Below are positions 37,188 through 46,101 of a stretch of 55,077 nucleotides of DNA, piece after piece (the first letter of the stretch is position 1; the number at the start of each line of letters is the position of its first letter). The stretch is taken from contig JASMMD010000004.1 in the NCBI GenBank assembly GCA_030748335.1, forward strand, positions 1 through 55,077, written 5' to 3'. Made by a program: the position numbers and the translations under genes. The notes below the pieces were generated by a model. That model was not told where the DNA came from. It ran no database searches and saw only the letters and a list, made by a program, of their open reading frames with translations. Source of the DNA: Candidatus Thalassarchaeum sp. GTDB taxonomy: Archaea > Thermoplasmatota > Poseidoniia > Poseidoniales > Thalassarchaeaceae.

Positions 37188-38741
37188 ATGACGGTTGGTC
37201 CGTTCTACAGCGCCCCTCGACCATTCTCGAGGGTGATGGTGGCCAATCGCGGCGAGATCGCCGTACGCATCCTCAAGGCAGCCCGAGAGGCCGGCCTCGG
37301 CAGTGTAGCGGTGTTCTCCGACTCCGACGCGAAATCGTTGCACGTCGAGGTCGCGGACGAGGCCGTCCACATCCCCGGCGAATCCCTCTCCGAGACCTAT
37401 CTGAACTCGGAGGCATTGATTTCCGCTGCACTCAGCAGCGGGGCCGATGCCATTCACCCCGGCTACGGTTTCCTGTCCGAGAGGAGCGACTTCGCCATTG
37501 CCGTTGCCGAGGCGGGATTGGTCTGGATTGGACCCCCTGCCGAGGCCATCTCCACGATGGGCGACAAAATCTCCGCTCGAGCGCGGATGATTGAGTCTGG
37601 AGTGCAGGTAATCCCTGGTGAGGAACTGACCGTGCCCGAGGGTACGGATCATCTCGGTGTCCTAGCCACCTGCGCTGCTAGGGTCGGCTACCCGCTTCTG
37701 CTGAAGGCCAGTGCTGGTGGCGGGGGCAAGGGGATGAGGGAGGTGCGCGAGCCCAAGTTGCTCAGGACCGAGTACGATGCCGCGTCGCGAGAGGCCTCGT
37801 CGGCCTTCGGTGACGGCACCATCTACGTCGAGCACCTGCTAACCGGGGCTAGACACGTCGAGGTACAGGTCCTAGCTGACTCGCACGGCAGGTGCATCCA
37901 CCTCAACGAGAGGGACTGCTCCTTGCAGCGCCGACACCAGAAGGTCCTCGAGGAGGCTCCCTCGCCTGCAGTCGAGCCCGAGCTCCGGAAGGCCATGGGC
38001 GCAGCAGCAGTCAAGGCCTCTCAGGCTGTAGGGTACGAAGGGGCAGGAACAGTCGAGTTCCTGTTATCCTCCAACGGTGATTTCTACTTCCTTGAGATGA
38101 ACACCAGGCTGCAGGTCGAGCATCCGGTCACCGAGATGACCACGGGCATCGACCTAGTCCTCAAGCAATTTGAGGTGGCCGCAGGGCTACCGCTCGGAAT
38201 ATCACAGGACGACATCGGGATCAGCGGACACGCAATCGAGGCGCGCGTGTATGCCGAGGACGCAGCACGCGGATTCCTGCCCTGCGTGGGTAAACTTTCC
38301 ACGTGGAAGGTCCCACAAGGTCCCGGAATCAGAGTCGATTCGGGGGTCAGGCAGGGCGATACAATCACCGTGGACTTCGATCCCATGCTCGCCAAACTGA
38401 TTGTCCACGCGCCCACGCGCCGAGCCGCTTTGCGAAGGCTCGATACCGCTCTATCCGACTTCATAGCCCTTGGTGTTACGACCAACATTGGCTTCCTACG
38501 CGATGTCGCCACCCACCACGCCTTCGCCAGCGGCAGCGTGACCACCGACTTTCTGGATTCCTCCGACGTCTCGGCACTCTCGATGACCGAGGTGGACCCC
38601 ACGGTCCTAGTCGCCGTCGCCTGCGCCGCCCAGAAGCTCGGGCTCGAACGCACCTCTTCCGCAGGCGCCCCCGAGTCATCAGACGAGCACACGGGGCACT
38701 CAGGTGATCCGTTCAGGACCCTGACGAGGTCGTTCCCTTGA
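37188..38741 (+). CDS. accC: Biotin carboxylase (MccA/AccC-type, without the BCCP domain)
   Basis: VMVANRGEIAVRILKAAREAG, HPGYGFLSE, KASAGGGGKGMR, NERDCSLQRRHQKVLEE and EMNTRLQVEHPVTE. Confidence 0.9.
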   Translation: MTVGPFYSAPRPFSRVMVANRGEIAVRILKAAREAGLGSVAVFSDSDAKSLHVEVADEAVHIPGESLSETYLNSEALISAALSSGADAIHPGYGFLSERSDFAIAVAEAGLVWIGPPAEAISTMGDKISARARMIESGVQVIPGEELTVPEGTDHLGVLATCAARVGYPLLLKASAGGGGKGMREVREPKLLRTEYDAASREASSAFGDGTIYVEHLLTGARHVEVQVLADSHGRCIHLNERDCSLQRRHQKVLEEAPSPAVEPELRKAMGAAAVKASQAVGYEGAGTVEFLLSSNGDFYFLEMNTRLQVEHPVTEMTTGIDLVLKQFEVAAGLPLGISQDDIGISGHAIEARVYAEDAARGFLPCVGKLSTWKVPQGPGIRVDSGVRQGDTITVDFDPMLAKLIVHAPTRRAALRRLDTALSDFIALGVTTNIGFLRDVATHHAFASGSVTTDFLDSSDVSALSMTEVDPTVLVAVACAAQKLGLERTSSAGAPESSDEHTGHSGDPFRTLTRSFP

Positions 38742-38750
38742 GGTGAGTAC

Positions 38751-39251
38751 ATGGAGTGGAGCGTAGTAGGGGGGAACGGCCGATTCACCGTGGGTGTGTC
38801 GGATTCCGACGGACGACTGAGTGTGTCCTCGATGCAACTCGACGGCTCGACAGTCAATCCCCCCGACGTCAGCATCGCACGCGCCGATCATGGAGGCCAA
38901 CTCAAGGTGGAGGTTTCCGGAACCTCTCATCTCGCGCACGTCACCAAGGTTGGTGACGACTGGTGGATACACATGGATGGGCGAATCCACGTGGTTCGAA
39001 TGCATGAGCCAGGCAGCTCTGAGGCGGAATCAACTCAAGGTGGGATGTCCGCGCCGATGCCGGGTACGATTCTCGAAATCCTCGTCAAGCAGGGACAGAG
39101 GGTCCGCGAGGGACAAGATCTGGTGGTGATGGAGGCGATGAAGATGGAGCATCGGATTCAGGCCCCCAGAGCTGGTGAGATCACTAGGCTCCACTATTCT
39201 GTAGGAGACCGGGTGGACATGGGTGCAACTCTAGTTGAGATTGGCGATTGA
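38751..39251 (+). CDS. Biotin carboxyl carrier protein (BT-like linker plus biotinyl domain)
   Basis: Biotinylation motif VVMEAMKMEHRIQAPRAGEI. Same reading frame as the biotin carboxylase, 3 codons after its TGA. Confidence 0.85.
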   Translation: MEWSVVGGNGRFTVGVSDSDGRLSVSSMQLDGSTVNPPDVSIARADHGGQLKVEVSGTSHLAHVTKVGDDWWIHMDGRIHVVRMHEPGSSEAESTQGGMSAPMPGTILEILVKQGQRVREGQDLVVMEAMKMEHRIQAPRAGEITRLHYSVGDRVDMGATLVEIGD

Positions 39252-39293
39252 GAACAGGTCTGGGTTAATATCGAGCCCCGAGGTCGGCTGAAC

Positions 39294-39878
39294 ATGGAAG
39301 CCACCACGGTAATCATGGCCACTCTCATGGGAATCAGCCTCGCAGCCGCATCAGGGTTCAGGGTATTCCTGCCACCGTTCCTGCTCTCTCTCGCGGCCCG
39401 CCTCGATATAGTGTGGTTCCTCGAGCTGGACCTCATGGGCACACAATTCGAATTCTTCACCTCCACACTGGCAATAGTGGTACTGGGAATAGCCACCGTG
39501 GCTGAGTTCGCAGGCTTCTACGCTCCTTGGATTGACAACGCGCTCGACTCGATAGCAACTCCTGCCTCCATCATTGCCGGAATAGCGATGACGGCGATAG
39601 TTCTGGAGGGGACCGATCCTATCATCCAGTGGGCCATCGCTATCGTCGCCGGAGGGGGCGTGGCTGCCACCATCCAGTCCGCGACGGTGGGGGTCCGCAG
39701 TCTGAGTTCTACCTTCACCTTCGGATTGGGCAACTCGGCCGTCGCCACTGGGGAGAACGTGGCCAGTGTGGCACTGACACTGATTGCCATCCTGATTCCA
39801 TTCATCTCGGCATTCGTCGTTATACTGCTGGTGGCTCTGCTGGTCAGGATGAAGCGCAGGAGCGAATCAGACGATTAG
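39294..39878 (+). CDS. Membrane protein, DUF4126-like
   Basis: GISLAAASGFRVFLPPFLLSLAARL followed by Gly/Ala-rich helices. Family assignment from memory only. Confidence 0.5.
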   Translation: MEATTVIMATLMGISLAAASGFRVFLPPFLLSLAARLDIVWFLELDLMGTQFEFFTSTLAIVVLGIATVAEFAGFYAPWIDNALDSIATPASIIAGIAMTAIVLEGTDPIIQWAIAIVAGGGVAATIQSATVGVRSLSSTFTFGLGNSAVATGENVASVALTLIAILIPFISAFVVILLVALLVRMKRRSESDD

Positions 39879-41155
39879 TGAAGCGGCTCAAGCACCTTTT
39901 GATTGCCCATGTAGGGCCTGAGTACCTTAGGCACGCTGACTCGACCGTCCTCCATCTGGTTCTGCTCCATTATCGCGACTAGAGCCCTGCTAGTTGCTAT
40001 CGCGGTCGAGTTCAGCGTATGCACCGCCTCGTTGCCCTCGGTGGTCCTGAACCTCATTCGCAGACGGTTCGCTTGGTAATCGGTGCAGTTCGAGCACGAA
40101 ACGACCTCCTTGTAATCCCCGGCACCCGGGAGCCACGCCTCGAGGTCGTACTTCCGGGCCGCCACCGTGCCCATGTCCCCGGTGCAGATGTTCACCACTC
40201 GGTAGTGCAGCCCTAGGCTGTCCCACATGTCAACGGCGTTGCTCAACAGATCTTCGTGGTAGTCCCACGAATTTTCAGGGTGGCAGATGACTATCTGCTC
40301 GACTTTGGTGAACTGGTGCACCCTCCAGATGCCGCGATCCGAAAGCCCGTGAGCACCGACCTCGCGGCGGAAGCAGGCCGACACTCCGACCAACTTGATT
40401 GGCAGTTCGCTGGGCTCGATTATCTCGTCCATGCGCATCGCGGTCAGAGGGTGCTCACTGGTCGCAATCAGGTAGTACTTGTCAGGCTCAATCCCATACA
40501 TCACCGTCTCGAAGTCCCCTAGGTCCGTGACGCCTTCGTAGGCCTCTCGATTCATCATCAGCGGTGGCTGCACGAGCGTGTATCCCCTGCCCATCAGGAA
40601 ATCGGCACCATACTGCTGCAGGGCCATCTCAAGCCTCGCAAGATCACCTTGCAGGAAGTAGAAGCGACTGCCGGCGACCTTCGCCCCGCGCGACTGATCT
40701 ACCCATCCGTTCATCTCTATCAGGTCGTTGTGATTGCGCGGCTCAAAGCCCAACTCGGTCTTCTCGCCGTGCATGCTGTGGAGGGTGTTCTTCTGGTCGT
40801 CCTCGCCGATTGGGACATCAGCGTGCAGGATGTTGGGTATGCTCATCCTCAGAGAGTCTCTCCGAGTTAGGCAATCGTCGGAGAGTTCGGCCAGTTCGTC
40901 TATCCTCGCGCCGATGTCGGCGACCTCTGCCATTATTGCCTCAGCAGCCGCAGAGTTACCCGACTTTTTGGCCTCGGCTATACCCCTGGCCGCCTCGTTC
41001 CTGGCCTTCCGTAGCTGGTCAGCATCGTATCTGGCCTTGCGCCATTGCTCGTCCAGACTGATGACCTCGTCAATCGCATCATGCGGCAGGCCGCGCCTAT
41101 CATGGTCGGCCCTGATGTCGTCAGCGTGCTCTCTGAAGATGTTGATGTCGAGCAT
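39875..41155 (-). CDS. serS: Seryl-tRNA synthetase
   Basis: N-terminal coiled-coil arm MLDINIFRE...DEQWRKARYDADQLRKARNEAA. Class II motifs FRREVGAHG, RVHQFTKVEQ and SCSNCTDYQANRL. 426 aa. Confidence 0.9.
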   Translation of the reverse strand: MLDINIFREHADDIRADHDRRGLPHDAIDEVISLDEQWRKARYDADQLRKARNEAARGIAEAKKSGNSAAAEAIMAEVADIGARIDELAELSDDCLTRRDSLRMSIPNILHADVPIGEDDQKNTLHSMHGEKTELGFEPRNHNDLIEMNGWVDQSRGAKVAGSRFYFLQGDLARLEMALQQYGADFLMGRGYTLVQPPLMMNREAYEGVTDLGDFETVMYGIEPDKYYLIATSEHPLTAMRMDEIIEPSELPIKLVGVSACFRREVGAHGLSDRGIWRVHQFTKVEQIVICHPENSWDYHEDLLSNAVDMWDSLGLHYRVVNICTGDMGTVAARKYDLEAWLPGAGDYKEVVSCSNCTDYQANRLRMRFRTTEGNEAVHTLNSTAIATSRALVAIMEQNQMEDGRVSVPKVLRPYMGNQKVLEPLH

Positions 41156-41158
41156 TGC

Positions 41159-41179
41159 GACCAGCCCTCAGGGCTGGTC
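41159..41179 (-). terminator. Perfect hairpin GACCAGCCC-TCA-GGGCTGGTC between the presenilin-like stop (41210) and the serS start (41155)
   Basis: Arms verified. 9-bp stem, 3-nt loop. It ends 3 nt upstream of the serS ATG on the minus strand. Confidence 0.35.
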
Positions 41180-41209
41180 AGCGACCCTTCAATCAATCGG
41201 CCGTTGAGC

Positions 41210-42292
41210 TCACAGGAACGAGATGTCCTGCCACAGGGCCGCCGGGCCGACCGCGATAACCCCCGATACAAGGTAGCCTAGGATGCTGCCGCCATTGAGC
41301 AGTGGCAGACCGGCTTGAGCCTCCCCCCTGGCGACTTGCGTCATCAGCGCCACGTATCCTGCCAGCCCGCCCGCTAGGGTACCCAGTCCGACGACCAGCG
41401 GGCCTGCGTGCATTGTGCCGAATATGGTGCCGATCTCAGGGCCTACCTCAGGCAGCCAGGAGACAGCAGATATGACCAGCATACCCGGGAAGATTACATC
41501 GCCCAGCCCCATGAACAACGCATCCCTACCTCCCTCCTTCGGTTTGATGTGAGGGACAGGGTCGTCCCAGTCGGCGTCCTCGGGAGTCTCGCTATTCATC
41601 ACGCTGTCCTCCTCCTCAATGAAGGAGTAACCCTTCTCCTTAGGCGCTACTAGGAGCACCGGGAGCTTGTTCTTGATCATCGTGTCAGCCAGTTCCAGCA
41701 TGTGCTTGCTGCTGTTGACCGCCCAGTGGTCATAGACCGCGGCCGCTAACATGAACACGATGATGAGGACCGGGACGAACGAGACTCCTAACAGCGTAAT
41801 TACTCCCGCGCCGACGAGCACCCCGACGGTGTTCACCACGTACCACTCAGGGTACAGGTGGAGTAGAATCATCAACGCGGTGCAGATAACCATGGTGCTG
41901 CCGACGACGAGATTGACCGATGCAATTCCAATCAACCAGAAGACCAGCGCGGAATAGGGCTGCACAGCGTAGAACAGGCTGAACCACAGGGCGACCATCA
42001 CTATCAGTTTGATTACGTAGTCCAATCCCTTACGAGCCAGCCAGATAATCAGCGCCGTGAAGATTAGGATGAACAGCATCTCCATGGCGATGTAGCCCCC
42101 CTTGGAAGCCCCCTCGCCACCGAATGCCCTGACCTCGTCTACGTTGTAGATTGGCTGGATGCTAAGTCCCAACAGGATGGTACCGACGAACATCCCTGCC
42201 ATGCTCAGCATCGAGGCCCACTGCTGCTTCATCACCTCGAGAACACCTGCTTCCTCACCCCGTGCCATGCTCCCACGAACTTCAAGGGCCAT
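41210..42292 (-). CDS. Presenilin/signal-peptide-peptidase-like GxGD intramembrane aspartyl protease
   Basis: AAAVYDHWAV (YD) and FMGLGDVIFPGML (GLGD) motifs in a 9-TM-like protein. Start trimmed to the ATG at 42292 to avoid overlap with divergent folC (alternatives 42268, 42232). Confidence 0.65.
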   Translation of the reverse strand: MALEVRGSMARGEEAGVLEVMKQQWASMLSMAGMFVGTILLGLSIQPIYNVDEVRAFGGEGASKGGYIAMEMLFILIFTALIIWLARKGLDYVIKLIVMVALWFSLFYAVQPYSALVFWLIGIASVNLVVGSTMVICTALMILLHLYPEWYVVNTVGVLVGAGVITLLGVSFVPVLIIVFMLAAAVYDHWAVNSSKHMLELADTMIKNKLPVLLVAPKEKGYSFIEEEDSVMNSETPEDADWDDPVPHIKPKEGGRDALFMGLGDVIFPGMLVISAVSWLPEVGPEIGTIFGTMHAGPLVVGLGTLAGGLAGYVALMTQVARGEAQAGLPLLNGGSILGYLVSGVIAVGPAALWQDISFL

Positions 42293-42343
42293 ATCACCTT
42301 GACCCGTTCGCGCCCGGGCGAGTGTTGGGGGTGGGGAATCTGA

Positions 42344-43558
42344 ATGAGCGTCCGAGAATGGCTTGATGAGCGCATGTCGATGGGCGTCAAGTTCGGCTTG
42401 GAGAACTGCGCTACACTGCTCTCCCGACTGGGCAACCCTCACCTCGACTTCCCATCGATACACGTCGCCGGGAGCAACGGCAAGGGATCCACATGCGTCC
42501 AACTGTCCGCCGCTGCCTGCGCCAACGGCCTATCTACAGGATTGTTCACCTCACCGCATCTGGTGACCGTCGAGGAGAGGATCAGAATAAATGGCAGGCC
42601 AATCTCACCCAAGGCGTTCGACAGGTTGCTCGGCTCCGTGATGAAGGCTGCCCGGATGGAGCCAGAGTGCACCCCCACCTACTTCGAGACCACCTTCCTA
42701 GTGGCTATGCTCGCCTTCAGCAAGGCGGGAGTCGAGCGAGGTATCATCGAGACAGGGATGGGAGGGCGGCTCGATGCAACCCGCATGGTGAATGCCGACC
42801 TGTGCATCCTAACGACTGTCTCCAAGGAGCATAGCGAGTACCTCGGCGATACACTGGTCGAGATCGCCGTCGAGAAGGTGGCCATACACCGTCCCGGAGT
42901 TCCTCTCATAGCACTGCAGCACGAAGACTCGCATGTCAGGGAGGTAATCGAACGCAAAGCAGGTCAAGATCTACGCTGGCTGTTTCGCCCAAAGACCGGA
43001 ACGACGTGGTCTGGCCATTCAGCTGTGGTCGCGGCCGTTGGCTCGCATCTCGGGTGGCAGACCCCCTCAGCGGATTGTGTATGGCCCGGGCGCTCGCCCG
43101 GCTACGGCGAGGACTGGCTCGACGGCGTTACCACCAGACTGAGCGCCGCGCACAACGCAGAGAGCCTCGCCAATGACCTCTCCGAGGTGACCAGTCCAAG
43201 CGTGCTGCTGCTCGGCATGAGTAGGAAGGCCGATCTGAGGGCCACGCTCGAACCGGTGGTTTCAGCATTGAGCGAGGAGGGTAGGTTCCCGAGAATCGTC
43301 CTGACCGAGTCGAAGAGCGGCAGGAACCCGGCCGTCAGCGTCGATGAACTGTCAGAGACGATGGAGAGGATGGGTGTGAGCCAGTCGACAACTACCGAGA
43401 GGACACCAGAGAGGGCCTTCGAGATGGCAGGCGGCATAGCGAGGGAAATCGACGCAGAACTGCTCGTAATCGGAAGCGTCTACCTCGTCGGGGACCTGTT
43501 TGAATACGTGGTGGAGAGGGACGGATTAGAACTCTGGGACGAGTTAACGGCCCACTAA
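42344..43558 (+). CDS. folC: Folylpolyglutamate synthase / dihydrofolate synthase (Mur ligase family)
   Basis: HVAGSNGKGSTC P-loop, FTSPHLVTVEERIRING, FETTFLVAM and IETGMGGRLDATR. Confidence 0.8.
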   Translation: MSVREWLDERMSMGVKFGLENCATLLSRLGNPHLDFPSIHVAGSNGKGSTCVQLSAAACANGLSTGLFTSPHLVTVEERIRINGRPISPKAFDRLLGSVMKAARMEPECTPTYFETTFLVAMLAFSKAGVERGIIETGMGGRLDATRMVNADLCILTTVSKEHSEYLGDTLVEIAVEKVAIHRPGVPLIALQHEDSHVREVIERKAGQDLRWLFRPKTGTTWSGHSAVVAAVGSHLGWQTPSADCVWPGRSPGYGEDWLDGVTTRLSAAHNAESLANDLSEVTSPSVLLLGMSRKADLRATLEPVVSALSEEGRFPRIVLTESKSGRNPAVSVDELSETMERMGVSQSTTTERTPERAFEMAGGIAREIDAELLVIGSVYLVGDLFEYVVERDGLELWDELTAH

Positions 43559-43597
43559 GAACCCAAGTACGATGACTTGCTGAGATGCTCGCATCGC

Positions 43598-43909
43598 ATG
43601 TCCGAGGGTGAAGACGACAAGGTCGAGGTAAAGGTGGTGGTGGAGTCTAGGGACTCCGCATCCAAAGTAATCCTAATCTCCCTCACCCTAGTGCTATTGG
43701 GCATCCTGATTGCCGTGGTCAGCTCGGGAGGCGTTGAGGAACTGCTGCCCAAGAGGGGCGATGACGGAGGCGGCAACTGTGGTGACGGCATTGACAATGA
43801 CAACGGAGGAAAGGCCGATGCCGAAGACCCCGATTGCTACTCGAATCCGAAGCTCTGGGAGGGATACGACCCAAGCCTGACCGAGGACCAGCCGGACAAC
43901 GACGTTTAG
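43598..43909 (+). CDS. Small single-pass membrane protein with one Cys-bracketed Asp-rich (MopE/TSP3-like) metal-binding motif
   Basis: TM VILISLTLVLLGILIAVV, then CGDGIDNDNGGKADAEDPDC. ATG at 43598. Confidence 0.45.
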   Translation: MSEGEDDKVEVKVVVESRDSASKVILISLTLVLLGILIAVVSSGGVEELLPKRGDDGGGNCGDGIDNDNGGKADAEDPDCYSNPKLWEGYDPSLTEDQPDNDV

Positions 43910-43920
43910 GAGATGTGAGG

Positions 43921-44358
43921 ATGAGCGAGAAGTGGGACAGGAGATTCCTCGATCTGGCAGCCCACATATCGGCTTGGAGCAAGGACCCGTCCACTAAGGT
44001 CGGATGCGTCGTGGTCGGCGAGGACAGAGAAATTCGCTCTACCGGGTTCAACGGCTTCCCGCGAGGTATTGAGGACGACCCGGCCAAACTCGCCGACAGG
44101 GAGCAGAAGTACCCGTTGATATGCCACGCCGAGGAGAATGCCATTATGCATGCAGCGAGGACGGGAGTCTCGCTGAAGGGCAACACCGCCTACGTCACAT
44201 GGCCACCGTGCTCGCGCTGCACGCGCTCACTCATCCAGGCCGGGGTCTCGGAAGTGGTGTACCCAGCCGACATCGAGGTCCCAGAGCGCTGGGAGGACGA
44301 CTTTGGCATCGCCATGGGGATGATGCAAGAGGCTGGAATCATCGTTAGGCAGGCCTAG
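43921..44358 (+). CDS. dCMP deaminase (ComEB/CDA zinc deaminase fold)
   Basis: HAEENAI and PCSRCTRSLIQAG zinc-binding motifs. VGCVVVGEDREIRSTGFNGFPRG. Confidence 0.85.
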   Translation: MSEKWDRRFLDLAAHISAWSKDPSTKVGCVVVGEDREIRSTGFNGFPRGIEDDPAKLADREQKYPLICHAEENAIMHAARTGVSLKGNTAYVTWPPCSRCTRSLIQAGVSEVVYPADIEVPERWEDDFGIAMGMMQEAGIIVRQA

Positions 44359-44897
44359 GTGAGGCTTTCGAGCAGTTCCTCGAGGTCACCGTGCAGGTCA
44401 TCCAGCGAGCCGTTGTTGAACAGGACTAGGTCAGCCATCTCCGCAGTCGCTACCAGTGCTTGCCCCGCATCGTCCAGAGCGACCTCCTCAGCCTTCTCGT
44501 GCGAGATGAAGGTGGCCCTGTCAGCGGGGTCGCCCGGACGAGCCCGATCCTGAGAGCGCTGCCAGCGGGAATCGGTCCCCGCTCTGACCTCGATCAGGAC
44601 GAAGTCATCCCGCGCCCTCAGGGCCTCAACCTCGCCGGGAGTTCGTATCGAGTCTATCACTGCGTCATCGCCTGACAACTCATCCAGCAGCATCTCGGCG
44701 AGGATGCCAGGGCCACCGCGTCGCCTAAGTTCGCGTCCTCCTTCGATTAGCGTCTCCCTGCTCTCCTCCATTCCCTGCTCCGAGAGCCACCTCCGAATCG
44801 AGTCTGAGCATGACACGGTCCGCACCGCTCTGCTGGCGAACCATTGCACCACGGTGGTCTTACCGGATGCGTTCCTGCCAGTCAGTCCCACCAGCAC
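44355..44897 (-). CDS. P-loop nucleotide kinase-like protein (archaeal UPF0200 / dephospho-CoA-kinase-like family)
   Basis: GTG start. Walker A GLTGRNASGKTT. VIDSIRTPGEVEAL and C-terminal LVLFNNGSLDDL resemble UPF0200-type proteins. Confidence 0.6.
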   Translation of the reverse strand: MLVGLTGRNASGKTTVVQWFASRAVRTVSCSDSIRRWLSEQGMEESRETLIEGGRELRRRGGPGILAEMLLDELSGDDAVIDSIRTPGEVEALRARDDFVLIEVRAGTDSRWQRSQDRARPGDPADRATFISHEKAEEVALDDAGQALVATAEMADLVLFNNGSLDDLHGDLEELLESLT

Positions 44898-44941
44898 GAC
44901 CTCCCGTCAGGCCTGATGCGCATAGGGATTGTCATCACGAT

Positions 44942-45997
44942 TTACGGGTGTGCGGGAACCTCGCCGGACCAATGCGACATCTTGTTGAGGGTGATGGTGA
45001 CGTTAGTAATCTCACCATCCTCCCAGTAGTCTACTGCGATGAAAGTCGGTCTGTCACCGACCTCCTCCCAGCATCTCAGTGCCCTCTCTAGGAGGGTGTC
45101 GTAGTCATTCACTTGCCCTGCTCTGACCGGATCAGCAAACCCAAAGACGCTGGAAAGCCAGTTGTTCAGGTGCCAGACCGGCTGAACCCCATCTCCCCTA
45201 CCGACTCTGCAGGACATCTCGCTTTGCTCCTGCTCGCCATATGGAGTGTCCCAACTGTGGGTCCAAGCGTGGTGTAACCAGGGATACCTCTCGTCGTACT
45301 GGTAGTCCCAGTAGACCACGAGGTCGGTGCCGTTCAGCACCATGTCCCCTATACTCGGCCAAGGATGCCCGGGCTGGTGCACGAAGACCCTATCGAGCAT
45401 ACCGGTCTGGTTGAACAGAACTTCGAGATGTTCACCCGGGACGTAGTTCTCGAGAAGTAGACTGACTACATCGCCGCTGCTGTTGTTCATCAGCGACCCC
45501 AGTAGCCGCAGCCACGCGTACGCGTCGACCTCGGAGTAGATGCACGGGTGCAAGAAGGTCGAGTCCGGGTCGCCGTGGCAGAACCTGACATCCTCGACAT
45601 TGGTGTCCTCCTTGGTAAGGTGGTGGGTGTCGAGCATGTAGGCGCGGATTCCGCCCTCCCATTGCGCCTGCAGGCCAGTGTAGTGGTTCATAGCCATCCA
45701 GACCCCGTCCTCTATGGTAGCGTACGAGTTGTGGGTCTCCGGGAAGGTGAAGTTGTCATAGCTGCGCAGGCAGTACTCGGCCATGCCGTGGCAGACGATT
45801 CCATCACTGCCGTTCAACGGGTCCAGCCCGCGTTCCTCCTCCCAGCCGTTCGGGAGCCCGTCCCCATCGTCATCAGCCAACGGGTCCAGTGCCTCGGGCC
45901 CCTCGGGCCCTATGCATCCCGGACCCATCATGCTGCAGAGCAGCATCAGTCCCACCCATAGGCCCCTCATCGGTGTGAAGCGGTGCCATTCGCTCAT
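44942..45997 (-). CDS. Secreted/lipoprotein-like PI-PLC X-domain-like phosphodiesterase
   Basis: Signal/lipobox-like LMLLCSMMGPGC. TSP3-like DDDGDGLPNGWEEERGLDPLNGSD. FPETHNSY and YMLDTHH...VRFCHG resemble PLC-like TIM-barrel motifs. Confidence 0.5.
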   Translation of the reverse strand: MSEWHRFTPMRGLWVGLMLLCSMMGPGCIGPEGPEALDPLADDDGDGLPNGWEEERGLDPLNGSDGIVCHGMAEYCLRSYDNFTFPETHNSYATIEDGVWMAMNHYTGLQAQWEGGIRAYMLDTHHLTKEDTNVEDVRFCHGDPDSTFLHPCIYSEVDAYAWLRLLGSLMNNSSGDVVSLLLENYVPGEHLEVLFNQTGMLDRVFVHQPGHPWPSIGDMVLNGTDLVVYWDYQYDERYPWLHHAWTHSWDTPYGEQEQSEMSCRVGRGDGVQPVWHLNNWLSSVFGFADPVRAGQVNDYDTLLERALRCWEEVGDRPTFIAVDYWEDGEITNVTITLNKMSHWSGEVPAHP

Positions 45998-46101
45998 GAA
46001 GCAATCGGATTCACCGTAGAGCGGCTAGACATAGCGCTTCGGAGTGCAAACTTCTCGTCGGAAGGCACTAATCGCAAGAGCGTGACCCCGCTCCGAGGGA
46101 G

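Noticed and set aside
42293-42502. N-terminal 70 aa of the presenilin-like ORF overlapping folC on the other strand.
   Set aside because: The extension has no hydrophobic or conserved character and would overlap the divergent folC by 159 nt. An internal ATG precedes the first TM segment.
43921-44897. dCMP deaminase plus P-loop kinase as a nucleotide-depletion (dCTP deaminase-type) antiviral defence module.
   Set aside because: The defensive enzymes I recall are single kinase-deaminase fusions. Here the genes are convergent (not co-transcribed), small, and look like the housekeeping ComEB-type deaminase and the widespread archaeal UPF0200-type kinase.
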